Shown here one piece after another: positions 63,999-64,000 of a stretch of DNA of 64,000 nucleotides. Position numbers and translations under genes: made by a program. This DNA is from Orbicella franksi (Eukaryota). A model generated the notes under the pieces. The model was not told the origin of the DNA. It worked only from the letters and a program-made list of their open reading frames with translations, and did not search any database. The stretch is from assembly GCA_964199315.1 (NCBI GenBank), contig OZ116702.1, forward strand, positions 1,674,001-1,738,000. The letters run 5' to 3'. Position 1 is the stretch's first letter. The number at the start of each line of letters is the position of its first letter.

Positions 63999-64000
63999 TA

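Overview
Eukaryotic genomic DNA, most likely a stony coral or related anthozoan. This assignment is inferred from the repeat families and the intron-rich gene structure. Two complete housekeeping genes lie head-to-head. (1) TRRAP, the PIKK-family pseudokinase scaffold of SAGA and NuA4/TIP60, is on the minus strand: CDS from ATG at 52192 to TAG at 449-451, about 123 coding exons by manual tracing, plus a probable non-coding first exon ending at 52945. (2) TEX10/Ipi1 (Rix1 complex) is on the plus strand: 14 coding exons, 53242-62540. Their 5' ends are only about 200 bp apart. The introns hold tRNA-derived SINEs of several core types, LINE 3' fragments, TA- and TTAA-flanked MITEs and microsatellites. 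Most notable observations: a tandemly duplicated 78-nt TRRAP exon whose geometry fits mutually exclusive splicing; two minisatellites built from TRRAP splice donors; a frame-preserving 127-codon Ser/Thr-rich TRRAP insertion; a perfect 28-bp intronic hairpin; a uORF-dense TRRAP leader; a sharp CpG-depletion domain; and a decayed EF-hand-like ORF inside an intron. Exon boundaries and counts were read by eye. Family names come from recalled sequences and need database confirmation.
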